A program made the translations under genes and the position numbers. The notes beneath the pieces are model-generated. The model searched no databases. It worked only from the letters and a program-made list of their open reading frames with translations, and was not told the origin of the DNA. A stretch of DNA of 63,930 nt, counting the filler, from Atractiella rhizophila (lineage: Eukaryota): assembly GCA_021432655.1 (NCBI GenBank). It is 4 parts of 4 records of this genome, joined end to end, with 100 filler letters (N's around TTAATTAATTAA, not from the genome) between each part and the next. Parts side by side here need not be neighbours in the genome. Positions count along the whole stretch, not along the records: positions 48,050 to 63,930 come from MU271922.1; 3 more parts are not named here. One strand, given 5' to 3'. Below are positions 52,862 to 63,930 of this stretch, piece by piece. Every line of letters begins with the position of its first letter. The first letter of the stretch is position 1.

Positions 52862-54487
52862 ATGCAAAGCCATCCATTTGGATCAACATCAGCCTATGGC
52901 ACACCTTCGGCAACACCCTCTGCTCCCACTCCTTCTCCGCCAACTTCTAGACCTTCCACTTCCCGCATTCCAGACATCAGGAGTTTTATCTTCCTGGATG
53001 CGGCCATAATCGCACATGCTGAAAAGGGAAAATGTAGTGGAATTCTTGGACCTGGTCAACTTTGTCGTGTAAAAGCAGCGGCTGGTGATTACTGCCCTTT
53101 GCATCGATCGGAAGGAGAGACCACACAGGGGGAAAGGTTGAAGGATTATTGGGCTGCGAGGCGAAAACGTGAAGAAGCTGTTCGGAAAGCTCAAGAAACG
53201 AACCTTGCGGAGCAGGAGCAGGCGCGCATTCGAGGAGAAAAAGTGGCTGAAGCGCGAGAGAAACTACAAAAGCAGAGAATAATAGAACGGCGCGCCTGGA
53301 TAGAAAATGATAGGATTCAGAGGGAGAGAGTACTTGTCGAAAGGATACAGAAGATACAGGCTGAGAAGGAGAGAGCGAAGAGGACGAGAGAAACGAAGGT
53401 CCCAAAAGGGGAGCCAGACAATGTGATGGATGATTCGTCTGCTCCTCATTGCAGCCCACCACCACGTTCGAAACCTCGCTCCTCGAGCAATGTCTCGAAC
53501 TTCGACCCTCCTCTGTTTAAAACTGGAGAGTTTGAAGCTCCACCACCGTACCAAGGGGATACACATAGCTCATCCAAGTCAACCCTAGACGAATTTTTAC
53601 AACAACTGGAGGAAGCGATGCAACAATTGCAACACGAGTTTTCTTCGTACTGCGAAGGTTTGTCTTCTGTTCCCAAGGAGGGAAAAACAAGGAAGAGAGA
53701 GGACTCTCGCTCCAACGACCCCTGTTCCGACAGCGAGATGAGGGCACAAGCCGCACAAGGCAGGGGAAAATCAAGCTCCAGCCGACAGCCAGGAATGAAG
53801 TATAACCCAGATCCAACAGAGAAGGAATCAACAGCCCATCCAGCAGCAGAACCATCAAAGCCACCAGCCTTTTCAACGCAACCTAATACGCAGGCTTCGT
53901 CATTTCCACATGACCCTTCGCCACTACCACCACACCCTTCCAATACCCAACCAACGCCATCCCTAACCGGGCAACCCAAACCACCAACCAAGCCCTCCTA
54001 TTCTGAAGCAGCTGCAATGGCTCGGACAACACCAGCAGAACCACCGACACCAGCACCTCTACGCAAGCCGCCGCGTCCATCACTTGCGCTTCAAAAAGAG
54101 GAGACTTTCCGCAGTTGGCTCGCCCGTTATACCCTGATATTACGAGAACCTCTCGTTCGGGAAGGAGAGACGACACTTCGAGTGCACAACATTCCATGGC
54201 CTATCAAAAAAGTCTACAAGAGCCAAAAGAATGTGTCTCTTAAAGACATAACAGTTGATTCCGTAACCGAGTTCCTTCAAAAGGTCAAGAAAAGTATGAA
54301 AGAGGAGGAGTTCAAGCAGTTCCTCAAGAAACTGCTACTGTCTTTCCATGAGGATAAGACAAAGATCCTCATGGACACTGTTAGTGATGCTCCCCTGAAG
54401 GATATGAAGGAGGCTCTAGGAATTGTTACGAGAGTCACGATTGATTTCAAGAGTGAAGGACCAAAACCCCCAACGTTATGGTTCTAG
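52862..54487 (+). CDS. 541-aa intronless paralog of the preceding gene
   Basis: IAHAEKGKCSG..C..YCPLH motif, coiled coil, NIPWP..LSFHEDK C-terminal domain. Confidence 0.75.
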   Translation: MQSHPFGSTSAYGTPSATPSAPTPSPPTSRPSTSRIPDIRSFIFLDAAIIAHAEKGKCSGILGPGQLCRVKAAAGDYCPLHRSEGETTQGERLKDYWAARRKREEAVRKAQETNLAEQEQARIRGEKVAEAREKLQKQRIIERRAWIENDRIQRERVLVERIQKIQAEKERAKRTRETKVPKGEPDNVMDDSSAPHCSPPPRSKPRSSSNVSNFDPPLFKTGEFEAPPPYQGDTHSSSKSTLDEFLQQLEEAMQQLQHEFSSYCEGLSSVPKEGKTRKREDSRSNDPCSDSEMRAQAAQGRGKSSSSRQPGMKYNPDPTEKESTAHPAAEPSKPPAFSTQPNTQASSFPHDPSPLPPHPSNTQPTPSLTGQPKPPTKPSYSEAAAMARTTPAEPPTPAPLRKPPRPSLALQKEETFRSWLARYTLILREPLVREGETTLRVHNIPWPIKKVYKSQKNVSLKDITVDSVTEFLQKVKKSMKEEEFKQFLKKLLLSFHEDKTKILMDTVSDAPLKDMKEALGIVTRVTIDFKSEGPKPPTLWF

Positions 54488-57400
54488 AATATACTCCCTA
54501 CATTTTGTACGTTACGAGCTACTAATGTTCTGTTGTATTTAAGGCCAGGCAAACACGATAAGGACGATAAAGATATTTCATTCGAGCTCAGCTCTAGTTC
54601 AAGCTGGTGAAAGTGGATTCTCTGCATCCTACACTGATATTCACTAAGCTAACACGGAAGGCATTTTCATTCGAAAGCTTGTCTTCATCATTTGAGGACG
54701 ATCATGTGCCTCGCCGATCTGCTGTGACCGTTCTTCTACAGGAATTACTAGTACTCGCAAATTCAAGTCGCAAGAAGTGCCTACCCCTGCCCCTGAACGC
54801 TCTTATAAGCACGCTACGAAGTTTCCTACATTTGTTCCCTTGAGTCTGTGGCTGCTCGCTGAGGTCCCTTTCGCAGGGTAGAGTTCAAAGTCATGGACAG
54901 GTAAGTCACTAAAACATGGCTGGTAGTAACCGGAGCCAGCTCCAGCTCACGAAGTGGAAAGATTCCCTTCATTGCTATTGGCATGTCGACAATGGATAAG
55001 ACATCTAATTTCCAAGCGATAATGCGGATAAAGTTATTGCCCATCAAGGGAACCTGGACGCAACACAGAGTAGGTACAACAAGCACTTCTGACCAGATCC
55101 CAGAATCATTCCATGTATTCACCCACCTTTCCTCCCGGTTTCGAGATATCACTCGCAACACTTTGTGACAATACGACGGTAGTCGCAGTGAGCTCAAAGC
55201 CAGCAGGAATACTGGACACCGAATTCGACTGTACATGAAGGATGAGATATTGGAACAAGGAACTTGGACAGTAGGAAATTGCGTACGTTGTAGTTCGTAG
55301 ACGGGGGATATGCAATCGTCCCTTGATATGTCCCTTGCCCATGTCGATTGGAAGTCCCACTGGTATGGCCAACAGACCCACTTGACCCCTTTTTCTGGAA
55401 AGCAGGATCTGAGAGAACAGCTTCGTAAAGGGTCAGGACGGCAATCACGTAGACTTTCTGTAGTCATCCATATCCAGATCTAAGTACCTGCTAAAAGGCG
55501 ACAGGAGCGGAATTCCTACCGGCGTCCAGAAAGAGACGGCATAATGATAGCCCAGCTCCTCTTGTGCATAGAACCACACAAGATGCAAGAGATTCAGTAC
55601 TGCTGGCGCCAACCCTGTTTGCAGTGAGAGCGTCATCCACTATGAGGTGTAAGCTGTAATCAACTCCAAGCCCGAGAAGCATACCTTGTCGACCAAATCG
55701 ACCGTTTGATGAGATGAAGCGGCCTTCCGTTGGTAGGCGAGGTGGAAAGAAAACACACTGCCAGACCAACTAGTTAGTTTGCGCCAGGATGCTCTGAATT
55801 ATACGTACGCAGAAAGCAGAATGCTAAGTCGTAGTGAGCAAGGTGTGAAAAGCCCTTTTGGAAAACGCAAGGGACTCACTCTGCTGCTGTGGAACCTCCG
55901 AGCCATAAAGCCAGTGTAATACTAAGCGCTCCATCAGGTTGACACATCAGACAGAAATCAAAGCTCACTCAATCTTCTCCAATTCAGGAAACTTGATATT
56001 GATGATGATGAATGATTCGACGATTGAAGCCGCCAACTACCTCAACTTTAAGCCACGAGGACGTCAGGTCAAAGAACATCCTCTTACACTAGTCAACGAC
56101 AAGGCGGCTATGAGAATGAGGAGCCTGTTTGATTGTTCAGTTGTACACATCAAAGGTGCAAGAGGTGAACGAACCCATAGGTGACAACCATGATTACTCG
56201 TGCCTTGTCGCGAAAGTAGTCCCTGGCGTTTCCAACCAGTTTCAGTGTTCTAGTCATCGTTATTAGTTGGTGGTTCAGTTCCCAAAAATGGATCGCTCGC
56301 ATACCGACGAATGAACGCGATATGAGTTAGGGAAGCTATTGTGGCATCCACAGAAGCGTAAAAGAATGCGGATTTGGGATATTTGCCGCTCAGGTAGGCA
56401 ACCTATCGGGTGGTGACGCTCAGTACCGCCAGCCATATCAGTGGTTAGAAGGAAGGCATACCCCATTGACAGCGCAACCCTGGATCAATGTACTGAGATA
56501 ATGACTTTTTGCGACGCTGTTGCGAAGGTTTCATTGGTGCAAAATGTTGTAAAGAGGAAACGTACGTATCCGTAATATTTGCAAGGAAGAGAAGAATTAA
56601 GAGTGTCCATGTCAATTTGCTCGTCCTCGAAACCTCTGTCTGATTTCCCCGAGACAGCAAACGAAAGACGCGCTTACTACTCCATAGCCTCAGTTTCGGT
56701 AACGCGTGTCGAGCGATGGACTCACAACTGGACAAGAGAGACGCCCAAAAGCAAGAAGGCTATCAGTCCGCCGATAAAACTCGGTCGAATCTGTTCCACC
56801 CATAACTTGTCGGTGAAAGGCACAAACTCAGGTGAGGCTGGCGAAGCCATCTCAGCTGAGAGTTCGACCTTTCTAGAAGGCTACTCAAAGTTGTTATGGC
56901 ACGACTGGAATGGTTGGTGGGAGCGAAACTGGCTGGACTGTCCTGCGGTGCGCCTTTTCAACGAGACGATTGTCCCACACTGGTTCGTGTTTTCGTGTTG
57001 GTCGAGTCCTTATCAACTGCGATCATGACCCTATGGATCTCCCAGAGCCACTCAGTTTGGATCATCCTTAGGCAGAGCCTAACATCACCTCGCGAAGGAG
57101 CTCGGATCAGCCGAAGAGAACCCTGACATGTTGAAATCGAAATCGGAATCTCAACTCCGCGTGGGCGTACAGACAGTAAGCCACGCCTAAACTCAATATA
57201 TTTTTGTGTCCTGACACATTCAGAGCCACAGAGACTTCAGCTTCTGAAAGTCCTGCTTGACCCGACGACGCTGTGACGACGTTTCAGCTTCGCTTTGCAC
57301 CAGGTTCGGTGAATAATCCGTTCACACGGGATCAAGGTGATAAGTCGGACGAGACCCCGCACGCATTTGGCGATGAATGAGAGTGACCCAAAGATGAGCT

Positions 57401-60400
57401 GGACATCTGTTGTCCGTCGAAACATCTTGGTAATGACATTGAATAGCGGCTTCCGACACCAGCTGGGACTGAATGGATTGAACTGAAATAAGAGTGGGAG
57501 CAAGGAAGGGGATGATCAACATTAAGAGAGACGAACAACATTGGATCAACCAATCGGTTGAGTAATTAGACTAGGCCAGTTCGTGGATGCCGTAATAATG
57601 AACGGTCTCCAAGCCTGGAAAGAACGCTCGACGGTTGAAGTCGCCTCGGGAACGGGACGATTGAAGTGGAAAAGTCGAACGCGCTTCCAGTCGCCTTGCA
57701 CAAGACAGCACTATTCTAAGAATTGAGGAAATTGCAAAGAAATTGCTCCATGGAGGCGCTGGGGAGTGCTCGGAGCTGAGTTGCGAAGAATGAGACACCA
57801 CATTCCAGCTGCAGCTGAGAAGACGATCATGGAGCTGCTGAGAGGATGGAAACAGTCGGAAACAAGAGGAACAAACAAACGTCGGGTGGAAGACTCAGTT
57901 GAAGCAGCTCCCGCACTCTTTGCTAGGAACTCAGAACGAAAAAAGGAAGGGGTTGGAAGGGAGCCCAAGAACGCAGCGGTACGAACCGGATGGTCTGAAT
58001 GAACGCTTTCATCGGAACCATCCAACTCAAAATCCTCTTCAAGAGCCATGGCTACAGATGAGAAATGGATAGCTACCTATTTAATGCAAAGCACATCTAG
58101 CTCACTGCGTTCCCGGTCATCAACGTCTCGTGAGACCCAACCGTGTAACCGCGTCAAGTTGGAAGTGCAGAGCATTCTGATAATGAGGAAGGGGGCTGCT
58201 CTACGAGGTTGGAGTCAGTCAAACGAATTTGTACAACACAAGAAGCTGGTTCGCGTTGGTGGCGGATCTTGGATCTTGTAAGGCCTGTGTCACTATCCGG
58301 TTTAGTTTGAAACTACGGAGTGATCTTCGCACGACAAAAGACAACAGTGCAAGAGGCTGACATTGTCAGGAATCGATAGATGCTATAAGCTGAGCAACGT
58401 AATAAGCTAAGTTGTTCTGTGTCGAATCCTGAGGAGGAGGAGGGAGAGCGCCTAAAGTGGTTTTATGTCACGTGATGTGGTTCAAAGGTATGTTGGATGG
58501 ATGAGATATAGATATTGGTTCACGTTTTTGTCCACTGTGCCCCTTTTAGTAATAGCTTTGGCGATTGGACGGCGAATCTTGAATCGGAATACACTCTTGC
58601 TAAGCAGGCACCTCTGTTTGTGCCAACTCCAATTCCTATGAAGGCATTGGTCTGATACGTACAGGCAATTGTCTGGCGATTATTCTCTCCTCCTTCTAGT
58701 CCTTGTCCGCTTCCTTTACAGGATCTTGACAAAGTCCTCTCCAAAAGATTACAAATTAGAGTATTGTTTAGCTTCAATGCACTATGTTGAACACTCAATT
58801 CCTTGACAGTCTTCTTGAAAGGCTTTGACTTGATGGGCAGTTGGTGTCAATAACCAAAGAACCACCCTATTTGTGATCCATTGCGGAGTACGAAATCACA
58901 TTGAGGCATGTTGTCGGTTCTGAGGAGTTTCAACAAAAGCATTAATCGCAGTTGTTTGGGGACCCGTTATTACAGCTGCTCCAAGCACAAAAAATCAAGG
59001 TGTGTCAAATGACTTTCTAAGTATTGCTAAGCAAGTAGCCCTCTGCGGCGCCATACTCTCCCTTTCAAAAGGAGAAGAGGAGCCGCCAGTTCTAAGCCAT
59101 TCTTCTATTCTCACTGCGACCTTAATCCTACCAATATCCTCGTACAAAATGGCAATATAACTGGATAAGTCTCCATTATGTTCCAAGTTATTCGCCGGTA
59201 GGGATCACATCCCATAGAATAATTGATTGGAAGTGGAGCGGTTACTATCCGGAATAGGTGCAATATGCCAGCATTCGTAATTGGGGTGTAGCGCACCTAA
59301 GTAGGCAGTGCGAGACTTATCTGCTAGATGCCGTAGCTCCATACCCAGAGATGTGAACCTACATTTATGGATTTGGGAACTACCAGGGTTTGGAAGTTGT
59401 TTCCTTTTTAACATCCAAATCTTTTGCCAGTCTTCCACTAGTTCTAAGAGGACGAGGCAAAAGTATGCCTATTCAGAGCAAACAACTAGCCATCGCACTG
59501 CGGTCTACTCTGCCTCGTCCACGTTTCTCGTTCGTTCTAACAGAACGTTCGCCAGAACCTTAAGTTTCTCGCTGTACCCATCTTGTTTCACAGCTATCAG
59601 ACTTAAAACTTTAGACTTACTAGAAGTTGGTCCGATCTTTCACATGCCCTGTTTAAGCTAGGGTTTCTGTGTTTATATAAGTTTATTGCACACACTTTCG
59701 CTCTTCGAAATGTAGTAGCCGTACAAGGTTTTAAAAAAACTTTCAGAGTCCGGAGGAAACCCGGAGGGTAGGAAATTAGACTCGTAAAGCGACTAACTCA
59801 CTCCATTAGTAATGCTTCCTGTNNNNNNNNNNNNNNNNNNNNNNNNNNNNNNNNNNNNNNNNNNNNNNNNNNNNNNNNNNNNNNNNNNNNNNNNNNNNNN
59901 NNNNNNNNNNNNNNNNNNNNNNNNNNNNNNNNNNNNNNNNNNNNNNNNNNNNNNNNNNNNNNNNNNNNNNNNNNNNNNNNNNNNNNNNNNNNNNNNNNNN
60001 NNNNNNNNNNNNNNNNNNNNNNNNNNNNNNNNNNNNNNNNNNNNNNNNNNNNNNNNNNNNNNNNNNNNNNNNNNNNNNNNNNNNNNNNNNNNNNNNNNNN
60101 NNNNNNNNNNNNNNNNNNNNNNNNNNNNNNNNNNNNNNNNNNNNNNNNNNNNNNNNNNNNNNNNNNNNNNNNNNNNNNNNNNNNNNNNNNNNNNNNNNNN
60201 NNNNNNNNNNNNNNNNNNNNNNNNNNNNNNNNNNNNNNNNNNNNNNNNNNNNNNNNNNNNNNNNNNNNNNNNNNNNNNNNNNNNNNNNNNNNNNNNNNNN
60301 NNNNNNNNNNNNNNNNNNNNNNNNNNNNNNNNNNNNNNNNNNNNNNNNNNNNNNNNNNNNNNNNNNNNNNNNNNNNNNNNNNNNNNNNNNNNNNNNNNNN

Positions 60401-61953
60401 NNNNNNNNNNNNNNNNNNNNNNNNNNNNNNNNNNNNNNNNNNNNNNNNNNNNNNNNNNNNNNNNNNNNNNNNNNNNNNNNNNNNNNNNNNNNNNNNNNNN
60501 NNNNNNNNNNNNNNNNNNNNNNNNNNNNNNNNNNNNNNNNNNNNNNNNNNNNNNNNNNNNNNNNNNNNNNNNNNNNNNNNNNNNNNNNNNNNNNNNNNNN
60601 NNNNNNNNTGAACGAGAACACCGTTCCAGCGGTGTTGCTGCTCGTGCTTTCTCTACTAACGGAAAGTTGAACTCCATCGTCAGGGTCTTAGGCTATGTGG
60701 AATGTTTTCAGTTCATTTTTCTTCTAGAGAGTAAATGGACATACAAAATGGAAACGCAGACTACTACTTGAGCCCGAAATGATAATGAAGATTGGTTGTC
60801 GATACGATGGTGAGGGGATATCGAACAAGAAGAACGGAACAAAGGATGGGGCCGCAAAGGCAAGGGCGACAACAGTGAGGATGCCTTTGTTCCTAAAGCA
60901 TTGTTCCCTGTCCTGGGAGCGGAAGGAAATGCTTTGGCATTCTGCATTTTCTAGCATAGGAAGGAAGGAGAGAAGATGGAACTCGTCGGAAAGAACTGCC
61001 AACACTGACTCGAAGCATGGGAGCATGGAGAAGAGAAGAACGAAGAGCTTGTCAAGCTCTAAGACATCTATTCCTTATCCCAAACATCAACATGAAGTTG
61101 CTAGTAAACTTCACCAGTGCATGAAGCATAGCTTGCCTTGAATAGATTCAATATGCAATGAAGCCCCGAAATGATAAGCGACGGAAATCTGTAGGATGGG
61201 ATTTGGCCTTCCCCAAATGACCCTGGCGTCTAAACTTGCGCTTTGTGATCTTGTATCTGCCAGTAACGTTGAACCAATGAGACCTGGATGTATTGCCTGT
61301 GTTCTTGAAAATACAACAATACACGTGACAACAAGGACAGTCCGCAACAATTCATTTCAATTCAATTCTGAACATTGGAATTGGAATGTCGTGGAACCGA
61401 TGACCCATGGTGACAAATATCTTGGCTCTCGGTAGTCTCCAGCCATCACTCCCACTCCAACAGTCTTTCCTTTTTGTTACTCGTTCTGAGTGCACACTGT
61501 CTCACACATAACCCGCTGTTTATACCAGCATACCCTCATGGAGTCACAGAAACATTTTACCTTGAGTGGCCTCAGCCAGTGCTTACTCATTATCTTCCTT
61601 CTAGAAATGTACATAGGCGGAAGGATCGGTTTCGCTCTCCTTCATGAAGCTAAAGCTTCAGTAATACGTACGTTGCCAACTGTCTTTGCAGACAATGCTC
61701 AGAATCTAAATGTAGAGGAGAATCCAAAGCCTCTGGTGGCCGAATGGACATTCATGATCCGGCTCTACGTGTTCCACGACTTCTTACGAGTCTGCGCAGG
61801 CATTTCAAGGTATGCTACCCAGTTTTTTACTTTACTTCATCTTGAATAGGATGTTCTGCAAGCATATACTTTCTATTTCACCCCAAACGGCGCAATCCCA
61901 GCGTTCCCCCTTTTATCTTCGCCTTCCAATTCTTTACCTCCTTCCTAGCAACT

Positions 61954-63083
61954 TTGACAGCTTTCCACTACCTTCGCACCGTCTCTTCCATACCTACAAG
62001 TGAGGAAGCATGTCCTTGGATGGCTGATATCCGAGAAGACGAAAGACCAAATTTTTACTCAAGTATGGACGAGTGGTGCAAGGCGGATTGGTGGCTCTAT
62101 AGACATCTTGCTGGTTACGCTCTCACCGGCATCCTTGGACTGGATCTCAGTAAGTCGTCCTCAAAATCCTCACTTATCATAACAAAACTGACAATGTCGA
62201 CGGTCCAGGTGGAACAATCCTCATATATGCTTGGTCATCCGCGCTGAAGAGAATGGATCGCCTTCAAGTTGAGACGGAGAAGTTGAGGGAAGAACGTGCT
62301 TGGAAACGAGAGGAGCAAAGGGTTCTGGGAAACGACTGCGCGAGATGGTCGTGTGGCATAATTGGCTTGATAGCTGCCGGACTGGTACATGTCATGTCAA
62401 TCGATTATGGTGAGCTTTACCTTTACCCTGCTGCTCTCCATTCAATGTTTCTTGCGAACGTTCATCATGTTTTTGAGACGTACAGGTATGCTCAAGGAAG
62501 AATTGGACGTTGTACGGTCAATGAGAATACCGAGCTCTTCATATTGCGCGCTCCTCGTCCTTTTGTCAGTTCTCTCTCTGCTCGTGCATGCTTTAGCCTC
62601 AAATGGCAAATGACACAACAGGATCCTGCTCTCCCTCTTTCCACGTTACCCGCCACTCGCACCCATTCTTTTTGCTTTCTCCTTCCTCATCCATCTAGCC
62701 GTCACTTACGTCTTCCTCTCCCGAAAAGACGTTTATCTAACGTCTACCCGTCTGCCTTGGCTAAAGAGCTCCTGCTTGCACTTACAGAAGGATGACTTAC
62801 CGCTTGGGTGGGAAAACGCGAAACATTATTGCACGTTCTTTCAGGAGGAGATCGAGGACGCCTTCCCGCTGTTCAAGGTGCTTTGGCTGGCGCTGAGTGC
62901 TGGTACGCCTGTTTTCTGAGTGCAAACTTGGCTGTGCTGACATGATGGACGCGTAGGGATCTTTGTCTTTATCGCTGTTTGGTGTTTCAACCTTTACATC
63001 CAGGCAAAGAGACGCGAAACTGAGCTTGACTCTGAAAATATCTTAGCAGCGGACGCAGCAAAAGGGTCAATACTTCCCAAATA
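61954..63083 (+). CDS. Possible multi-exon membrane protein; structure unresolved
   Basis: Open frames with hydrophobic segments (61954-62247, 62253-62795) separated by GTAAGT/GTGAGC/GTACGC..AG intron-like gaps. No family recognised. Confidence 0.3.
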
Positions 63084-63930
63084 ATGTGTCCGAGCTGCTG
63101 TAGTCAGGTGTCGCCAAAGACGGAACTTCACATTATGTTGTTATTTAAGGTAGCAGGATTTGATGTTCCACAGCAGTTGATATAGCATAGAGAAGAATGA
63201 GAAATTGTTTAGGACAGAGACACATGACCAGCACAGTTCTGGACAGTGCGCACAATCAATTCATTTTGACTGAAGAACCCGAAGAAGTTGGGAAGTTCTT
63301 GCTGCACACACATGGGCAGGTAAAATACCAACCAACCCACTCAAGCCAGGAGCCGTGGCCATAAACACCTTCCTGCAAAACCTTTCACTTTGGGTTTTAT
63401 AATTATATCCCCTTCCCTGCGGAGGCTATCGACCAGAGACCAGAGTATCTAGCTGCTGACAACCAGCCTCCATTCTGGAAGGTCCAAATGGAGCTACGGA
63501 AACGGAAACGCTTTACCTTGAATAGCCTTAGCCGGGCTTACCTTTATTCAATAGAGGGTCACTGAAGTTTGACGTGTTCAGAGAGGAAAAACTGATTTGC
63601 TCTCATCACATTCACAATGGTTTCCTGAAAAAGGTGCTCGGTATATCCAGTAATGCTTTCGAGGTTTCCTAGGAACAAAGGAACGATGAAGGGTTTGTCC
63701 AGCGAGTGGGTTTTTGGGATCGTCCTAAATCGTACTGCGTAGGTATAGTTTGTACATTCGCCACAACTTCCATAGTCCAAATTGGGACGACATTTCCATC
63801 AATAAAACCCATCTATGGCATTCCCACTATCACACGCCGCTCAACTTTCGCTCCTAATATGTACAATTCTATGAAAAATGTTGAGGACAAAACTGGGCGA
63901 CTGCGAACTTCCCACTCCTCCTCCAATCTG

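Noticed and set aside
54600..59800. Many short overlapping ORFs
   Set aside because: No coherent spliced model or motif could be supported; probably decayed genes or transposon remnants.

Overview
Intron-rich fungal (basidiomycete-like) scaffold with several N-gaps. Host genes: cytosolic aspartyl-tRNA synthetase, an F-box-like ORF, a SnoaL/NTF2-like pseudogene, the 5' part of an SDR, a Trk-type K+ transporter, a RING-finger/low-complexity protein, a zinc-binding dehydrogenase (MDR family) with a partial duplicate, an ABCC (Ycf1/MRP-type) transporter, a tandem pair of TM/coiled-coil proteins, a KpsF/GutQ-like SIS protein, and two paralogous CCCH-motif proteins. The main feature of interest is a minus-strand Ty3/Gypsy chromovirus (8484 to the gap at 15954). 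It has an intact pol, a -1 gag-pol frameshift signal, a 490-bp 3' LTR and a PPT. Between pol and the LTR it carries (i) an antisense, apparently spliced gene for a protein with a Zn2Cys6-like six-cysteine cluster and (ii) a tandemly duplicated ~215-nt RNA-like structure with compensatory base changes. The whole element is also loaded with the hexamer CGGCGA (about 44 copies by manual count versus about 4 expected), including a 25-27-bp-spaced array in the LTR. Together these suggest a self-targeting regulator or anti-silencing system encoded by the retrotransposon (hypothesis). All counts and gene models were made by eye; no searches were run.
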